Below are positions 27,537 to 35,756 of a DNA stretch of 62,591 bases, in pieces. Position 1 is the first letter of the stretch, and each line of letters begins with the position of its first letter. A program made the translations under genes and the position numbers. Source of the DNA: a virus (taxonomy: Duplodnaviria > Caudoviricetes); the IMG/VR virus record IMGVR_UViG_3300017700_000663, positions 1 through 62,591 of that record, one strand, 5' to 3'. Below the pieces are notes generated by a model. That model did not search any database and was not told the origin of the DNA. It saw only the letters and a list, made by a program, of their open reading frames with translations.

Positions 27537-29432
27537 CTATGTTCTTGCGAGCTTCCATTCTTGCCCGATCAGCTGGCATGGAGGCGCATCTGTCGAGTAC
27601 GCGAAGGGCCCCTGTGCGATTACTGCTACGAAACGTCCCCGAGCTGCATCCCAAATAACACCGCTGTAGGCGTGAGCACCAATCCACTTGTCGCCGAAGT
27701 TGAAATAGTCGTGCTGCGCCGACCATGTGCCGGGCAGGCCGGGGGACGCGAGAGGTGTCGGCGGGACCGAATACAGCCACGCCGTGCTTTTGTTCAGCAG
27801 GCCGCTCAACGACTTCACACGCGCGATGAAGATGACGGTCCTGTCATCGGCGATCGCCGCGTCTGGGCGGCCCGGGAAGCGACTGTCAAAGAACCGTACA
27901 GGCGCAGAAAACGGCTCTCCATCTCCCTGCGCCCGCATGATGTCGTACCCGCAATGGGGGTCGGTGTCCCAGTTCAGCTCGTCTCCATTGCGCATGAAGA
28001 TCATGATCTCCGTGCTGTTCGGGACTTCGTGAATGCTGATTTCGTTGTAACGATCTCCGCTGACGACTGGGCCGTTGATCAACACTTCTTCGCTGATCCA
28101 CGTCGGCACCATGCTGGCGCTCAGGGTGAAGTAGTGAAGATTGACGCGGTTGGAGCCAGCCAAAGGTGTGGTGTCCCAGTCGTAGGAAGACGTCACCCAC
28201 CTGTCCGACTGCGACAGGTAACAGGGCCGCGTGGAAGACAGCGCGTTGCCGCTGTTGAGTGTGGTCGGCATCGTATACATCGTGAAGACCAGCGGGCCGC
28301 CCATCGGATTGGGCGCAGTGAACAGCCGGATCTTGCAGTTGTTCTTTGCGTCGGTTCCTGCCTTATATTCAGAGACCTGAACCAGCACGCCGCCCGTCAC
28401 TGGGTCCACCACTACGCGGCATTCCGAGATGTCGTTGTGAGGCGAAGCCGGCGTGCGGATCACGAACGTCGAGGAGAAGGTCTTGCCGTCGTTCGACAAC
28501 GCGCCGTGGAGAATGCCGCCAGCAGAGACCGATCGCATTGACCAGACATACAACAGGCGACCGTCCTTCAGGCGAGCCACATCAGGAGTGACGTTCCACA
28601 ATCCGTTGTTAAAAAGATCATAGGACGCAATCATGTGGACAGGTTGCGATTCGGCCAGTAGATCGCGACGGAGATTGTCCTCCATGATGTGGACGTTTCG
28701 ATGACCGGCACGGCCGATGTCCCCGCCGACGAAGCCAGACGCATAGGCGCTTGTAGTGCCGCTGGGGCTCGTCATGGCGTCCGTAAAGAGTTTGAAGTTT
28801 CCCGGGGTCGGCGTCTCTGCGGTGATTGTCGCCTTGCCCAGTGGCACGCCATTGAGGCTGGCGTAGGTCTCGTTTCCGTTGCGGGAAACCAGCAAAAGCC
28901 CAGTGGTGGCAGTGCTGGTGTTGAACCCGTGCCACGCCGTGCTGTTCATCGTGCTGTAGAGCGTGCTGTTGGGACCAACGAAGGTGAGGTTTGTCTTGTT
29001 GCCAGTACCGATGAACGCGCCGGGGTCGCCACCGCCAGCAATAGTCCGACGCCCACCCATCGTGGCAGACGTCGCGGTGAAAAGGCCGCCGGATGCCGGG
29101 TTGTAGTCTATGTCGATATGGTTCAGCGGACTGCCGTTCGTCGACGATCCGATATTCGGGGTGTGGGCGACGGAGCCTACCACCGTTCCATTGCGCGAAT
29201 CCTTGCGCATGTTTGTGAGCCGCATCGACAGCGGACCACCCTCGTATAGATACACCTCCGTTTTAGACCACACGTCGGTTTCGACCAGCGTGTTAATAGC
29301 GCGGGCACAACACAACGCCTTATACGCATCCAGAGAAGGGACACGTGCTAGAAACTGTTGGGCCTCCGGTGTCTGCAATTCCCTAGAATTAATACAGCCG
29401 CAGCAGCTCTGGCACTGATGGCAAGTCGTCAT
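27537..29432 (-). CDS. Sialidase/BNR beta-propeller protein with N-terminal lectin-like region
   Basis: PDVARLKDGRLLYVW, Asp-box SNDGKTF, NE, FMRN, GRP and AYS motifs typical of the GH33-like fold; lower GC than flanks. Confidence 0.7.
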   Translation of the reverse strand: MTTCHQCQSCCGCINSRELQTPEAQQFLARVPSLDAYKALCCARAINTLVETDVWSKTEVYLYEGGPLSMRLTNMRKDSRNGTVVGSVAHTPNIGSSTNGSPLNHIDIDYNPASGGLFTATSATMGGRRTIAGGGDPGAFIGTGNKTNLTFVGPNSTLYSTMNSTAWHGFNTSTATTGLLLVSRNGNETYASLNGVPLGKATITAETPTPGNFKLFTDAMTSPSGTTSAYASGFVGGDIGRAGHRNVHIMEDNLRRDLLAESQPVHMIASYDLFNNGLWNVTPDVARLKDGRLLYVWSMRSVSAGGILHGALSNDGKTFSSTFVIRTPASPHNDISECRVVVDPVTGGVLVQVSEYKAGTDAKNNCKIRLFTAPNPMGGPLVFTMYTMPTTLNSGNALSSTRPCYLSQSDRWVTSSYDWDTTPLAGSNRVNLHYFTLSASMVPTWISEEVLINGPVVSGDRYNEISIHEVPNSTEIMIFMRNGDELNWDTDPHCGYDIMRAQGDGEPFSAPVRFFDSRFPGRPDAAIADDRTVIFIARVKSLSGLLNKSTAWLYSVPPTPLASPGLPGTWSAQHDYFNFGDKWIGAHAYSGVIWDAARGRFVAVIAQGPFAYSTDAPPCQLIGQEWKLART

Positions 29433-29487
29433 AATCGCCCCCGATTTAAAATGTCGGTCCAGAATAAGCCGATATATGCAAACGAAT

Positions 29488-29988
29488 CTACGGGGCCAGC
29501 CCCTCCCTCACGAGGAGCTGGTCAGCGAAGGTGCCCCATTTCCCGAGGATAAGCCGCATCATGTCGCGGCCTGTCAGCTCCCAGCCTTTGTTGAATTTTG
29601 GCTGCACGGTCTGCGCCCAGTCGCGGCCGGTGTACTCCCATAGCCCGGTGCCGGGCGGCAGCTCTCCGGGCTTGATCATACCGATCGGCGCTGCAAACCA
29701 GATGCGGGCGGAGAAGCGGCGGTACCGCTGCCACTTCCCGGCCCTGACGTCGTTGAAAAAGTCGGATCGAGAAACCTTGACCTCGCAGGTCCACGGCCGC
29801 GTCTTCGCCGGATCCAGCGCCGGCACGATCGAGAAGACGTCGGGGCGGCAGCTGTAGGCGTCGGAGATCTCTTCGCCGCAGTTAAACGTCATGTTTTCCC
29901 ACGTCATGCGACGGCGCGGGCCGCGCTCGGCGCGCAGATGGGTGGCGAGGCTGGAGGCCAGAGCATCGTGTGAAAGGGGCTCAGGCAT
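29488..29988 (-). CDS. MmcB-like PD-(D/E)xK nuclease
   Basis: RPDV...EVKVSRSDF..D..GKW..Y.....WFAAP....ELP..GL. Confidence 0.8.
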   Translation of the reverse strand: MPEPLSHDALASSLATHLRAERGPRRRMTWENMTFNCGEEISDAYSCRPDVFSIVPALDPAKTRPWTCEVKVSRSDFFNDVRAGKWQRYRRFSARIWFAAPIGMIKPGELPPGTGLWEYTGRDWAQTVQPKFNKGWELTGRDMMRLILGKWGTFADQLLVREGLAP

Positions 29989-30470
29989 CAGCCCGGATCC
30001 TGCTGCATGAATTTCTGCAGCTTGGCGCGCTTCGCCTCGGTGGTGGCCTGCACCAGATTGCCGTCGATCGCGCCGCGCTCGATCAGTAGCTCGACCACGG
30101 CAATGATGTCGCCGCATTCTGCCGCCAGCCGCTGGGCGTTGGTCTCAGTCTGGCCGGGCTGAACCTCGCCGAGGCCGAAGCGGATGCACTTGCTGGCGCG
30201 GGTTCCGAGGAACGGCAGGATCTCGAAGGCCTCTTCCATCAGGATGGTCAGCGCTTCGGCCTCGAAGGGTGCCGGCAAGTCTCCCGGGGTGACGAATTTC
30301 TCCGACACAAGATCCATCGGGTCATCGAAGTCGCCATTGAAGCGGCCGTTGTCGCCATAGGATCCAGCGCCCCTGATGTGCCACGGCCACTGGGCCGACG
30401 TCTGGCGCGTCGCGGGACCAACAGTTTTGCCCGCGCGCGTGACATAAAACTTTCCTTCTTCGATCTGCAC
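29988..30470 (-). CDS. MazG-like nucleotide pyrophosphohydrolase-domain protein
   Basis: LMEEAFE..ASKCIRFG..N..RLAAECGD; GTG start with GGAGA RBS. Confidence 0.6.
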   Translation of the reverse strand: MQIEEGKFYVTRAGKTVGPATRQTSAQWPWHIRGAGSYGDNGRFNGDFDDPMDLVSEKFVTPGDLPAPFEAEALTILMEEAFEILPFLGTRASKCIRFGLGEVQPGQTETNAQRLAAECGDIIAVVELLIERGAIDGNLVQATTEAKRAKLQKFMQQDPG

Positions 30471-30480
30471 AATGGTCTCC

Positions 30481-30696
30481 CTATTCCGTCCACTTGCGCG
30501 GGACGCTGTTGGGGCCGGGGCCTTCGGGCTTCGGATAGACAGTGGCCCATCCGTAAGAGCAGCCGCCAGTTTCCCAGTCTCGCAGGATGCCACTGATCTG
30601 CGATTGCAGCCGTTCCAAATCCGCCTTGCTGGCGCAGACATTGAACGGTCCTACAATCTCGCGTTTCACGCCTTCGGCTTCGAGAATTAGATTCAT
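30481..30696 (-). CDS. Hypothetical protein
   Basis: GAGGAG RBS; 71 aa. Confidence 0.6.
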   Translation of the reverse strand: MNLILEAEGVKREIVGPFNVCASKADLERLQSQISGILRDWETGGCSYGWATVYPKPEGPGPNSVPRKWTE

Positions 30697-30805
30697 CGTA
30701 ACGGCTCCTCAAAACAGATGAAAATGTAGATCGGCGCAGGCGATTGCCGTTGCGATCACCACAGCGCAGAGAATGAATTTGACGGTGGTGGGCATGGGGC
30801 TCGCT

Positions 30806-31000
30806 TTATGTGGAGGGTTTGAAAAGACGGTGCAGGATTCTCTCAAGCTCTTTGCAGCATCGGCGGCAGAGATGGTTCTCAGCGTCGATCAAGTTGCGTT
30901 GCTCAAGCGTGTCGCCCACGATCCAGACAAAACCGATGCCGTCACCGGGCTTGATAGTCTCCCGGCAGAAATTGCATTGGTGGGTGCGCGTGGTGGTCAT
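30806..31000 (-). CDS. Small C4 zinc-finger protein (ClpX-ZBD-like)
   Basis: CNFC...LCRRC. Confidence 0.55.
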   Translation of the reverse strand: MTTTRTHQCNFCRETIKPGDGIGFVWIVGDTLEQRNLIDAENHLCRRCCKELERILHRLFKPST

Positions 31001-31333
31001 AGAAACTGCTCGCTATTTTAAAAGTACGTAAGTCAGGAAGGCGAACGCCACGATTGTCAGCAGCGCGCACACCAGACCAAGGAACGCGCCGTTGCTCGCC
31101 GGGCGGCTGGCCCCAAAAGGAAAGTCGTAAAGGCGCATAACCCCTCCCTATCTGGCCTGCGCTTCGAGCGCGGGCGTGTAATCGGTGTCTGGTGTGCCCC
31201 ACGCCTTCCATGCGTCGGCGTCGTAGCTATCCTTGGCAGAAGTGCGGCCCTTGCGCGTGTAGCGGGGCTTCGCGTCATGGTGCTTGCCCTCCATCGCGGC
31301 CAGCCGTTGTTTCTTCAACATCAGGCCCTCCAT

Positions 31334-31507
31334 TTACGCCGGGTGGCGCTTTGCTATTTCGGCCTGATACATGGCCAAGAGATTTTCGTGCTGTTCGCGC
31401 CACTCGTCGCGGTCGCGCGTCACTTCATCCAGCTTGCGGATCATCATGGTCCGGTCGCCTTCAAGGCGGGCTAGACGGCTGGCGGGGACGGCGATGTGCT
31501 GTTCCAT
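31334..31507 (-). CDS. Small coiled-coil hypothetical protein
   Basis: GGAG RBS; 57 aa. Confidence 0.5.
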   Translation of the reverse strand: MEQHIAVPASRLARLEGDRTMMIRKLDEVTRDRDEWREQHENLLAMYQAEIAKRHPA

Positions 31508-31521
31508 GAAATGCGCTCCAA

Positions 31522-31734
31522 TTACAGAAAGTCGCCGGGCTGATGGGGCGGCAGGCGATCGCCTCCATTCAGATCGGTCGGCATGGGGATGAATTTGACC
31601 TTGCGTTGGCCTATTCCGAACTGCGCCATGGTGGCGTCGGATATGTCCGCCTTCCCGCATCGCAAGCAGGAAACGGTGAAAAGGTTTTCTTTCCACTTAT
31701 GGCCGACAAGCCAGCACCAGAGTTTTCGCATCAT
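31522..31734 (-). CDS. Small prophage Zn-binding protein (DUF1660-like)
   Basis: KLWCWLVGHKW...CLRCG. Confidence 0.6.
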   Translation of the reverse strand: MMRKLWCWLVGHKWKENLFTVSCLRCGKADISDATMAQFGIGQRKVKFIPMPTDLNGGDRLPPHQPGDFL

Positions 31735-31747
31735 GGCCTCCTTCGAT

Positions 31748-31936
31748 CTAATAGGCGTCTGACACGCCAGCCTTGTAGGCTTCGCGCATCGCGGTGAGTG
31801 CAAGCAGCGGCCAGCCGCCAATTATTTGATCGCCGCGCAGATCGCGGGCGATGCCGTGCGCGCTACTTTTTTCACATAGGTCCGCCAGCATGTTGCGAAG
31901 GCGTTTTTCGGTGCTGTCGCTAATTGTGACTTCCAT
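31748..31936 (-). CDS. Hypothetical protein
   Basis: GGAG RBS; 62 aa. Confidence 0.5.
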   Translation of the reverse strand: MEVTISDSTEKRLRNMLADLCEKSSAHGIARDLRGDQIIGGWPLLALTAMREAYKAGVSDAY

Positions 31937-31954
31937 GACTTTTGGGCTCCCCGG

Positions 31955-32140
31955 TTAGGACAGTTCGCGCAGCAAGATCGCTGCGTAGCGGCGGCGGAAA
32001 TCCTCATCGCCATCAGACGGCACTTCACTTGGTGCAGGCGACGCAGCCCAGCGAAGAAACTCTCTACCGGCCTGTGAGTACGGGACCGACGAAACCAAGC
32101 GGTTCGCCCCATCGTAAATCTCAGCCATTGGTTCAAGCAT
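31955..32140 (-). CDS. Hypothetical protein
   Basis: GGAGG RBS; 61 aa. Confidence 0.5.
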   Translation of the reverse strand: MLEPMAEIYDGANRLVSSVPYSQAGREFLRWAASPAPSEVPSDGDEDFRRRYAAILLRELS

Positions 32141-32149
32141 TTGCCCCTC

Positions 32150-32413
32150 CTAATTCCGAAAGTGTTGGATCATGCGGATTGCGACACCCGCAAAGATCAG
32201 CGCGACCCCAACAGCGATGGGGTGGTTCAACGGCCAGATGCCGTTCGCCACAGTCCAAAGCCCGGCACCAATAAAGACCGCCCACGCATATTCTGAAATC
32301 GCGGGCGCTGCCGTGGGCCGCTCTACTTCATCCAGCGCCAACATTTCTTCGGCGTGGTCATAGCCGGGGCCTGCGCCGTCGCGCCGTCCGAATTGTCTGT
32401 CGCGCTGTGTCAT
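32150..32413 (-). CDS. Small two-TM membrane protein
   Basis: Two C-terminal hydrophobic helices; preceded by repeated leader motif. Confidence 0.6.
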   Translation of the reverse strand: MTQRDRQFGRRDGAGPGYDHAEEMLALDEVERPTAAPAISEYAWAVFIGAGLWTVANGIWPLNHPIAVGVALIFAGVAIRMIQHFRN

Positions 32414-32427
32414 TCCAGACCCTCGCT

Positions 32428-32655
32428 TTATGTAGCCCGCGCAATGCGGGTGCTTTCATCTTCGGCGGGTTCACGGATAAGCGCGTCGCCCAACATCACG
32501 TTTGCGCCGTCCAGAACCCACACCATCGTCTTGGTTGGGTCGCGGTCGAAAATCTGTTGCTTGATCCGCTGCGCCTCGACGCCCTTCAAGCCGCTCAAAT
32601 AGGTCTGAGTGCCTTTGCCGTCAGCGCGCCGGTAATGGACTGTGTAAGTCGTCAT
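32428..32655 (-). CDS. Hypothetical protein (75 aa)
   Basis: AAGGAGG RBS before ATG 32655. Confidence 0.6.
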   Translation of the reverse strand: MTTYTVHYRRADGKGTQTYLSGLKGVEAQRIKQQIFDRDPTKTMVWVLDGANVMLGDALIREPAEDESTRIARAT

Positions 32656-32668
32656 GCAATGGCCTCCT

Positions 32669-32848
32669 TCAATCTTCGTCGTCGCTGTGACCGAGGGTGC
32701 AGACGCAAACCGGCTGCTGCTCAACCGCGCAATGAAGCGCCACCTTGCAAGATGGACACTCTTTCGCTTTGGCGTCCTCGAAGTCGTGATAGCAGGCGGG
32801 ACAGGTGAACCTGTTGTCGTAACCCGGATTGCTGCAACTCTCGGCCAT
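32669..32848 (-). CDS. Small zinc-ribbon protein (59 aa, not in ORF track)
   Basis: MAESCSNPGYDNRFTCPACYHDFEDAKAKECPSCKVALHC...; preceded by repeated leader motif. Confidence 0.65.
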   Translation of the reverse strand: MAESCSNPGYDNRFTCPACYHDFEDAKAKECPSCKVALHCAVEQQPVCVCTLGHSDDED

Positions 32849-32866
32849 GATCTAGACCCTCGCTTT

Positions 32867-33052
32867 CTAGGATTCGTCTTGTGGGAAACCGGGCGCGGCT
32901 TTCGGGATTTCACCAAACTTGATTTTCTCGCTGCCGGTGTACTCCGGCGATGTCGGGTCATATTTGCAGAAGAAGCCCGGCTCCCCGCGTGTGTGTTCAA
33001 AGTCCGGGTGGCCCATAGCCGCCTCAAAATTGCACTTACAGAATTTGCTCAT
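32867..33052 (-). CDS. Hypothetical protein
   Basis: 61 aa; preceded by repeated leader motif. Confidence 0.55.
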   Translation of the reverse strand: MSKFCKCNFEAAMGHPDFEHTRGEPGFFCKYDPTSPEYTGSEKIKFGEIPKAAPGFPQDES

Positions 33053-33067
33053 CTAGACCCTCCGTTC

Positions 33068-33256
33068 TTATTGCTTCGCCGCGCGACACGCGACCAGCAT
33101 CAGCATTGCTTGGGTGACTTGCTTTTGGGCGAAGTCAGCGGCTTCGATGCGCTTCTGCAAAATCCGCAGCCAATAACTTTCGGGTGGCCCACCGACAGGA
33201 TGAGCGTGACGCCCGCGCGTCGGGCAATCAGGGATTGTGCAGGTTTCAAATTCCAT
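33068..33256 (-). CDS. Hypothetical protein
   Basis: AGGAG RBS; 62 aa. Confidence 0.5.
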   Translation of the reverse strand: MEFETCTIPDCPTRGRHAHPVGGPPESYWLRILQKRIEAADFAQKQVTQAMLMLVACRAAKQ

Positions 33257-33498
33257 CGGCGGCTCCTATCTTGCTGCAGCTTTAAAGCGATTAAGGATTA
33301 GGCGCATGCGCTGGTTTTTGGCCGTATAAAATCCGGCGACAAATGGCATGTGCATCCACTCAGAATAGCGCCACGCAGCTTCCAGCTCTGCAATAGTGCC
33401 CCCACGCCAGCGCAGCACGATGTTATCTCCGCCTCCAAACGTCAGTCTCTGTGCGCGCCGGCGCAGCGCCATCTTGCGTCGATATGGCGACACCCTCT

Positions 33499-33882
33499 TC
33501 ATCCAGCGCATTTTGTACCCGTGTCAGTAGCGGCGTGAAATCGGCCGGCGGCGACGCTTTTGACAATGTCCCCAGTGGCGATGGAGACGACGAGGTTGTG
33601 ACCGTCAGCGCCACTGAAGGCGTCAAACAGGTGCGCCAGAAATTCCATGGTCACCGGAACATCGCGCCAAGTTAGAGATGGCGAAAGATTGTGAACACCG
33701 TCGGGGATCTCGACCTCGATGGTGCTGAACCTGTGTCCACAGGTGACGCACTCGCGCCGGCGGCGGACCTTTCCGTCATTGCGGGCGCGGGTGTCCGTGC
33801 AGGCGGTGGTACTGGTTTTACACTTCGGGCAAAGGAATCCGCCCGTCGTGCGCTTCTTCTGGGCGGCAAGTTTTGAAGCCAT
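33499..33882 (-). CDS. NrdR-like zinc-ribbon protein (no ATP-cone)
   Basis: CPKC...DTR.....RRRRECVTCGHRFSTIE matches the NrdR N-terminal domain. Confidence 0.75.
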   Translation of the reverse strand: MASKLAAQKKRTTGGFLCPKCKTSTTACTDTRARNDGKVRRRRECVTCGHRFSTIEVEIPDGVHNLSPSLTWRDVPVTMEFLAHLFDAFSGADGHNLVVSIATGDIVKSVAAGRFHAATDTGTKCAG

Positions 33883-34138
33883 TACCTCACACCTCTGGTG
33901 TACGGCATGTCGCCGACCTTCGCGCCGGCAGGCATAAGGCCTGCGCGCTGCATCATCTTCACCGCGTGCTCGCCGGCCTTTAGCTGCTGCTTGAAGGGGC
34001 CATTGCCGGGGAAGCCCGGCGTCAGCAGGCTGGCGGTATAGCCGCCCTCCGTCGCCTTGGTCACCAGCGCATAGGGGCCACCCTTGCCGTCGCGCAGCGC
34101 GTACCCGAATTTCTCGGTCGTCCACGAGAATGGCCCGG

Positions 34139-34582
34139 TCAGCGGCGCTTGGGAAAAGGCCGGCGCGGGATTTTTTGCCCCTTCGGCCACTGGCTTTTTC
34201 CGCCTTGCATCGGCCGCGCCGGGATCTTTGCCGACCGCTTCTTTTTGACCTCGCCGCGAAGCCGGCGCACCTGATCGATGTTGTGCCGATCGGAGCCCAG
34301 CGACGTTGCCTTTGACCTTGGATGATACGTCTCGCGATGATGGCATGCTGTCAGCTCTGCGTAGAGGTGGTATGGGCTGTGCTGCGACGGGATCCAGTCG
34401 CTGTCGTCTGGCTCGATCTCGCGGTTGGCCAGCGGCGGCTCGTGCTGATACTGCACGAGGCCCTTTCCGTCTGGCGGCAGCTCGGGGCGGCCGCATTCGC
34501 CGGTCCTGCAGCCGCAGCGGTTGCCCTGCCGCTTTCGGACGGCGTCCTTCGACGATTTTCTCGGCGCGCGGCGCTTGGGCAT
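34139..34582 (-). CDS. HNH-like endonuclease
   Basis: CGC..C, QYQHEPPL, CHHRET, basic C-terminal tail. Confidence 0.6.
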   Translation of the reverse strand: MPKRRAPRKSSKDAVRKRQGNRCGCRTGECGRPELPPDGKGLVQYQHEPPLANREIEPDDSDWIPSQHSPYHLYAELTACHHRETYHPRSKATSLGSDRHNIDQVRRLRGEVKKKRSAKIPARPMQGGKSQWPKGQKIPRRPFPKRR

Positions 34583-34583
34583 G

Positions 34584-35138
34584 TCATGCGGCTTTCTTTC
34601 GGCGTGATTTTTCCTTGCCGCGTGCTTCGAGCTCTCCGCGCGACACACCGATCAGATCCGAGATCCAGTCCAGCACCTTGTCTTTCGACTCCATGAAGCG
34701 CTCGCGCCCCATGGCCTTCAGCGACTGGCTCTGGGCGGTGTAGCGGAACACCGTCGAGCCCTCGATCAGCACGATGGAAAACCTGTCCATCGGCTTGATA
34801 AATTCCATGGCGCGCATCGCCTCGGCCTTCGACGACAGGACCAGCGTCTGCACATCGTAAAACCCGGTCTTGATCAGGGCGTATTTCCGCAGGGAGTCTT
34901 CGTCTGGGAAGCGCTCTTGCAGGATCTCTGGCAAATTCGCCCACGCCTCGTGCAGGCAGGCGAAGAAGAAATTGTGCGACTTGCGCGACCGCTCCTGATT
35001 GGGCACCAGCGGATAGATGTTATCGTTGACGAAATGGCTGGTCGCCAGCTCCTGCCAGCGCTTCCCGGCCGGCCGCATGACTTTTGCCTCGCCATCCCAG
35101 CGCATAAAAATTGGTGGAATGCGCTCGGCATCAGACAT
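34584..35138 (-). CDS. NinB/DUF1367-like recombination-associated protein
   Basis: RS.KSHNFFFA..EAW.NLPE..LRK..LI.TG..SQS..AM...F; located next to RecT. Confidence 0.55.
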   Translation of the reverse strand: MSDAERIPPIFMRWDGEAKVMRPAGKRWQELATSHFVNDNIYPLVPNQERSRKSHNFFFACLHEAWANLPEILQERFPDEDSLRKYALIKTGFYDVQTLVLSSKAEAMRAMEFIKPMDRFSIVLIEGSTVFRYTAQSQSLKAMGRERFMESKDKVLDWISDLIGVSRGELEARGKEKSRRKKAA

Positions 35139-35288
35139 TTGGCGTCCCTTCCAACAGGCGACGCATCGCCTTGATCGCCAGCCTTCCCCTTGCGCTCTCC
35201 AACAGCTTGGTGACAGCGCTGTCCGACCAGCCGTCAGCCCTCGCTGTGTCGGCGAGGATTTTTTCAAGGTCGGCGTCTGACGGCTTTG

Positions 35289-35756
35289 TCACGCAAATCT
35301 CCAGATTTTTCCTTGCAGAATTTTACCAATGTTGGCGCGGCAGATTCCATACTTCGCAGCCAGCTCTGGCTGCGGTATATCTTTGTCAACCGTCCGAATT
35401 TTTCGCACATCAGACTCGGTCAGCTTCGCCCCGGGGTGCCGAGATCCGCAGGATGTGGTGCGGTGGACATGCAGCATGTCAGCCGTGTTCTGCTTTGGCG
35501 ATTTCCACGACACATGCCATGGCGCAATGCACCCGGTGTGACCGAGGCCGCAGGAATGCGCGGCATAGTCTCCGACGCTCTGCTGCGGCCCGTGGGAGAT
35601 TCTGCAGACCACCCGGGACACCAGAAAGTTCTTTCCGCCGATTCTGATGTTGGCATAGCCGGCGCTGTTTCTGGCGTATGGCCAAATCAAGCAGCCCCGG
35701 CCCGCCATCGGAAGGTTCAGCAAAAACTCTCTGGGTGCCCCGACGCGCGCCATCAC
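35289..35756 (-). CDS. HNH / His-Cys homing-type endonuclease with C-terminal HTH
   Basis: CLIWP..GY, AAHSCG.GH.GC..P.H..W...N, AKLTESDV..LAAKYGI. Confidence 0.8.
   Translation of the reverse strand: MMARVGAPREFLLNLPMAGRGCLIWPYARNSAGYANIRIGGKNFLVSRVVCRISHGPQQSVGDYAAHSCGLGHTGCIAPWHVSWKSPKQNTADMLHVHRTTSCGSRHPGAKLTESDVRKIRTVDKDIPQPELAAKYGICRANIGKILQGKIWRFA

Noticed and set aside
27363-28541. 392-aa plus-strand ORF
   Set aside because: Shadow of the sialidase-fold gene; Arg-rich non-protein-like composition
33882-34140. Small gene ending at 33882 (GPFSWTTEKFGY...)
   Set aside because: Probably coding, but no convincing start codon could be placed, so it is not listed as a feature
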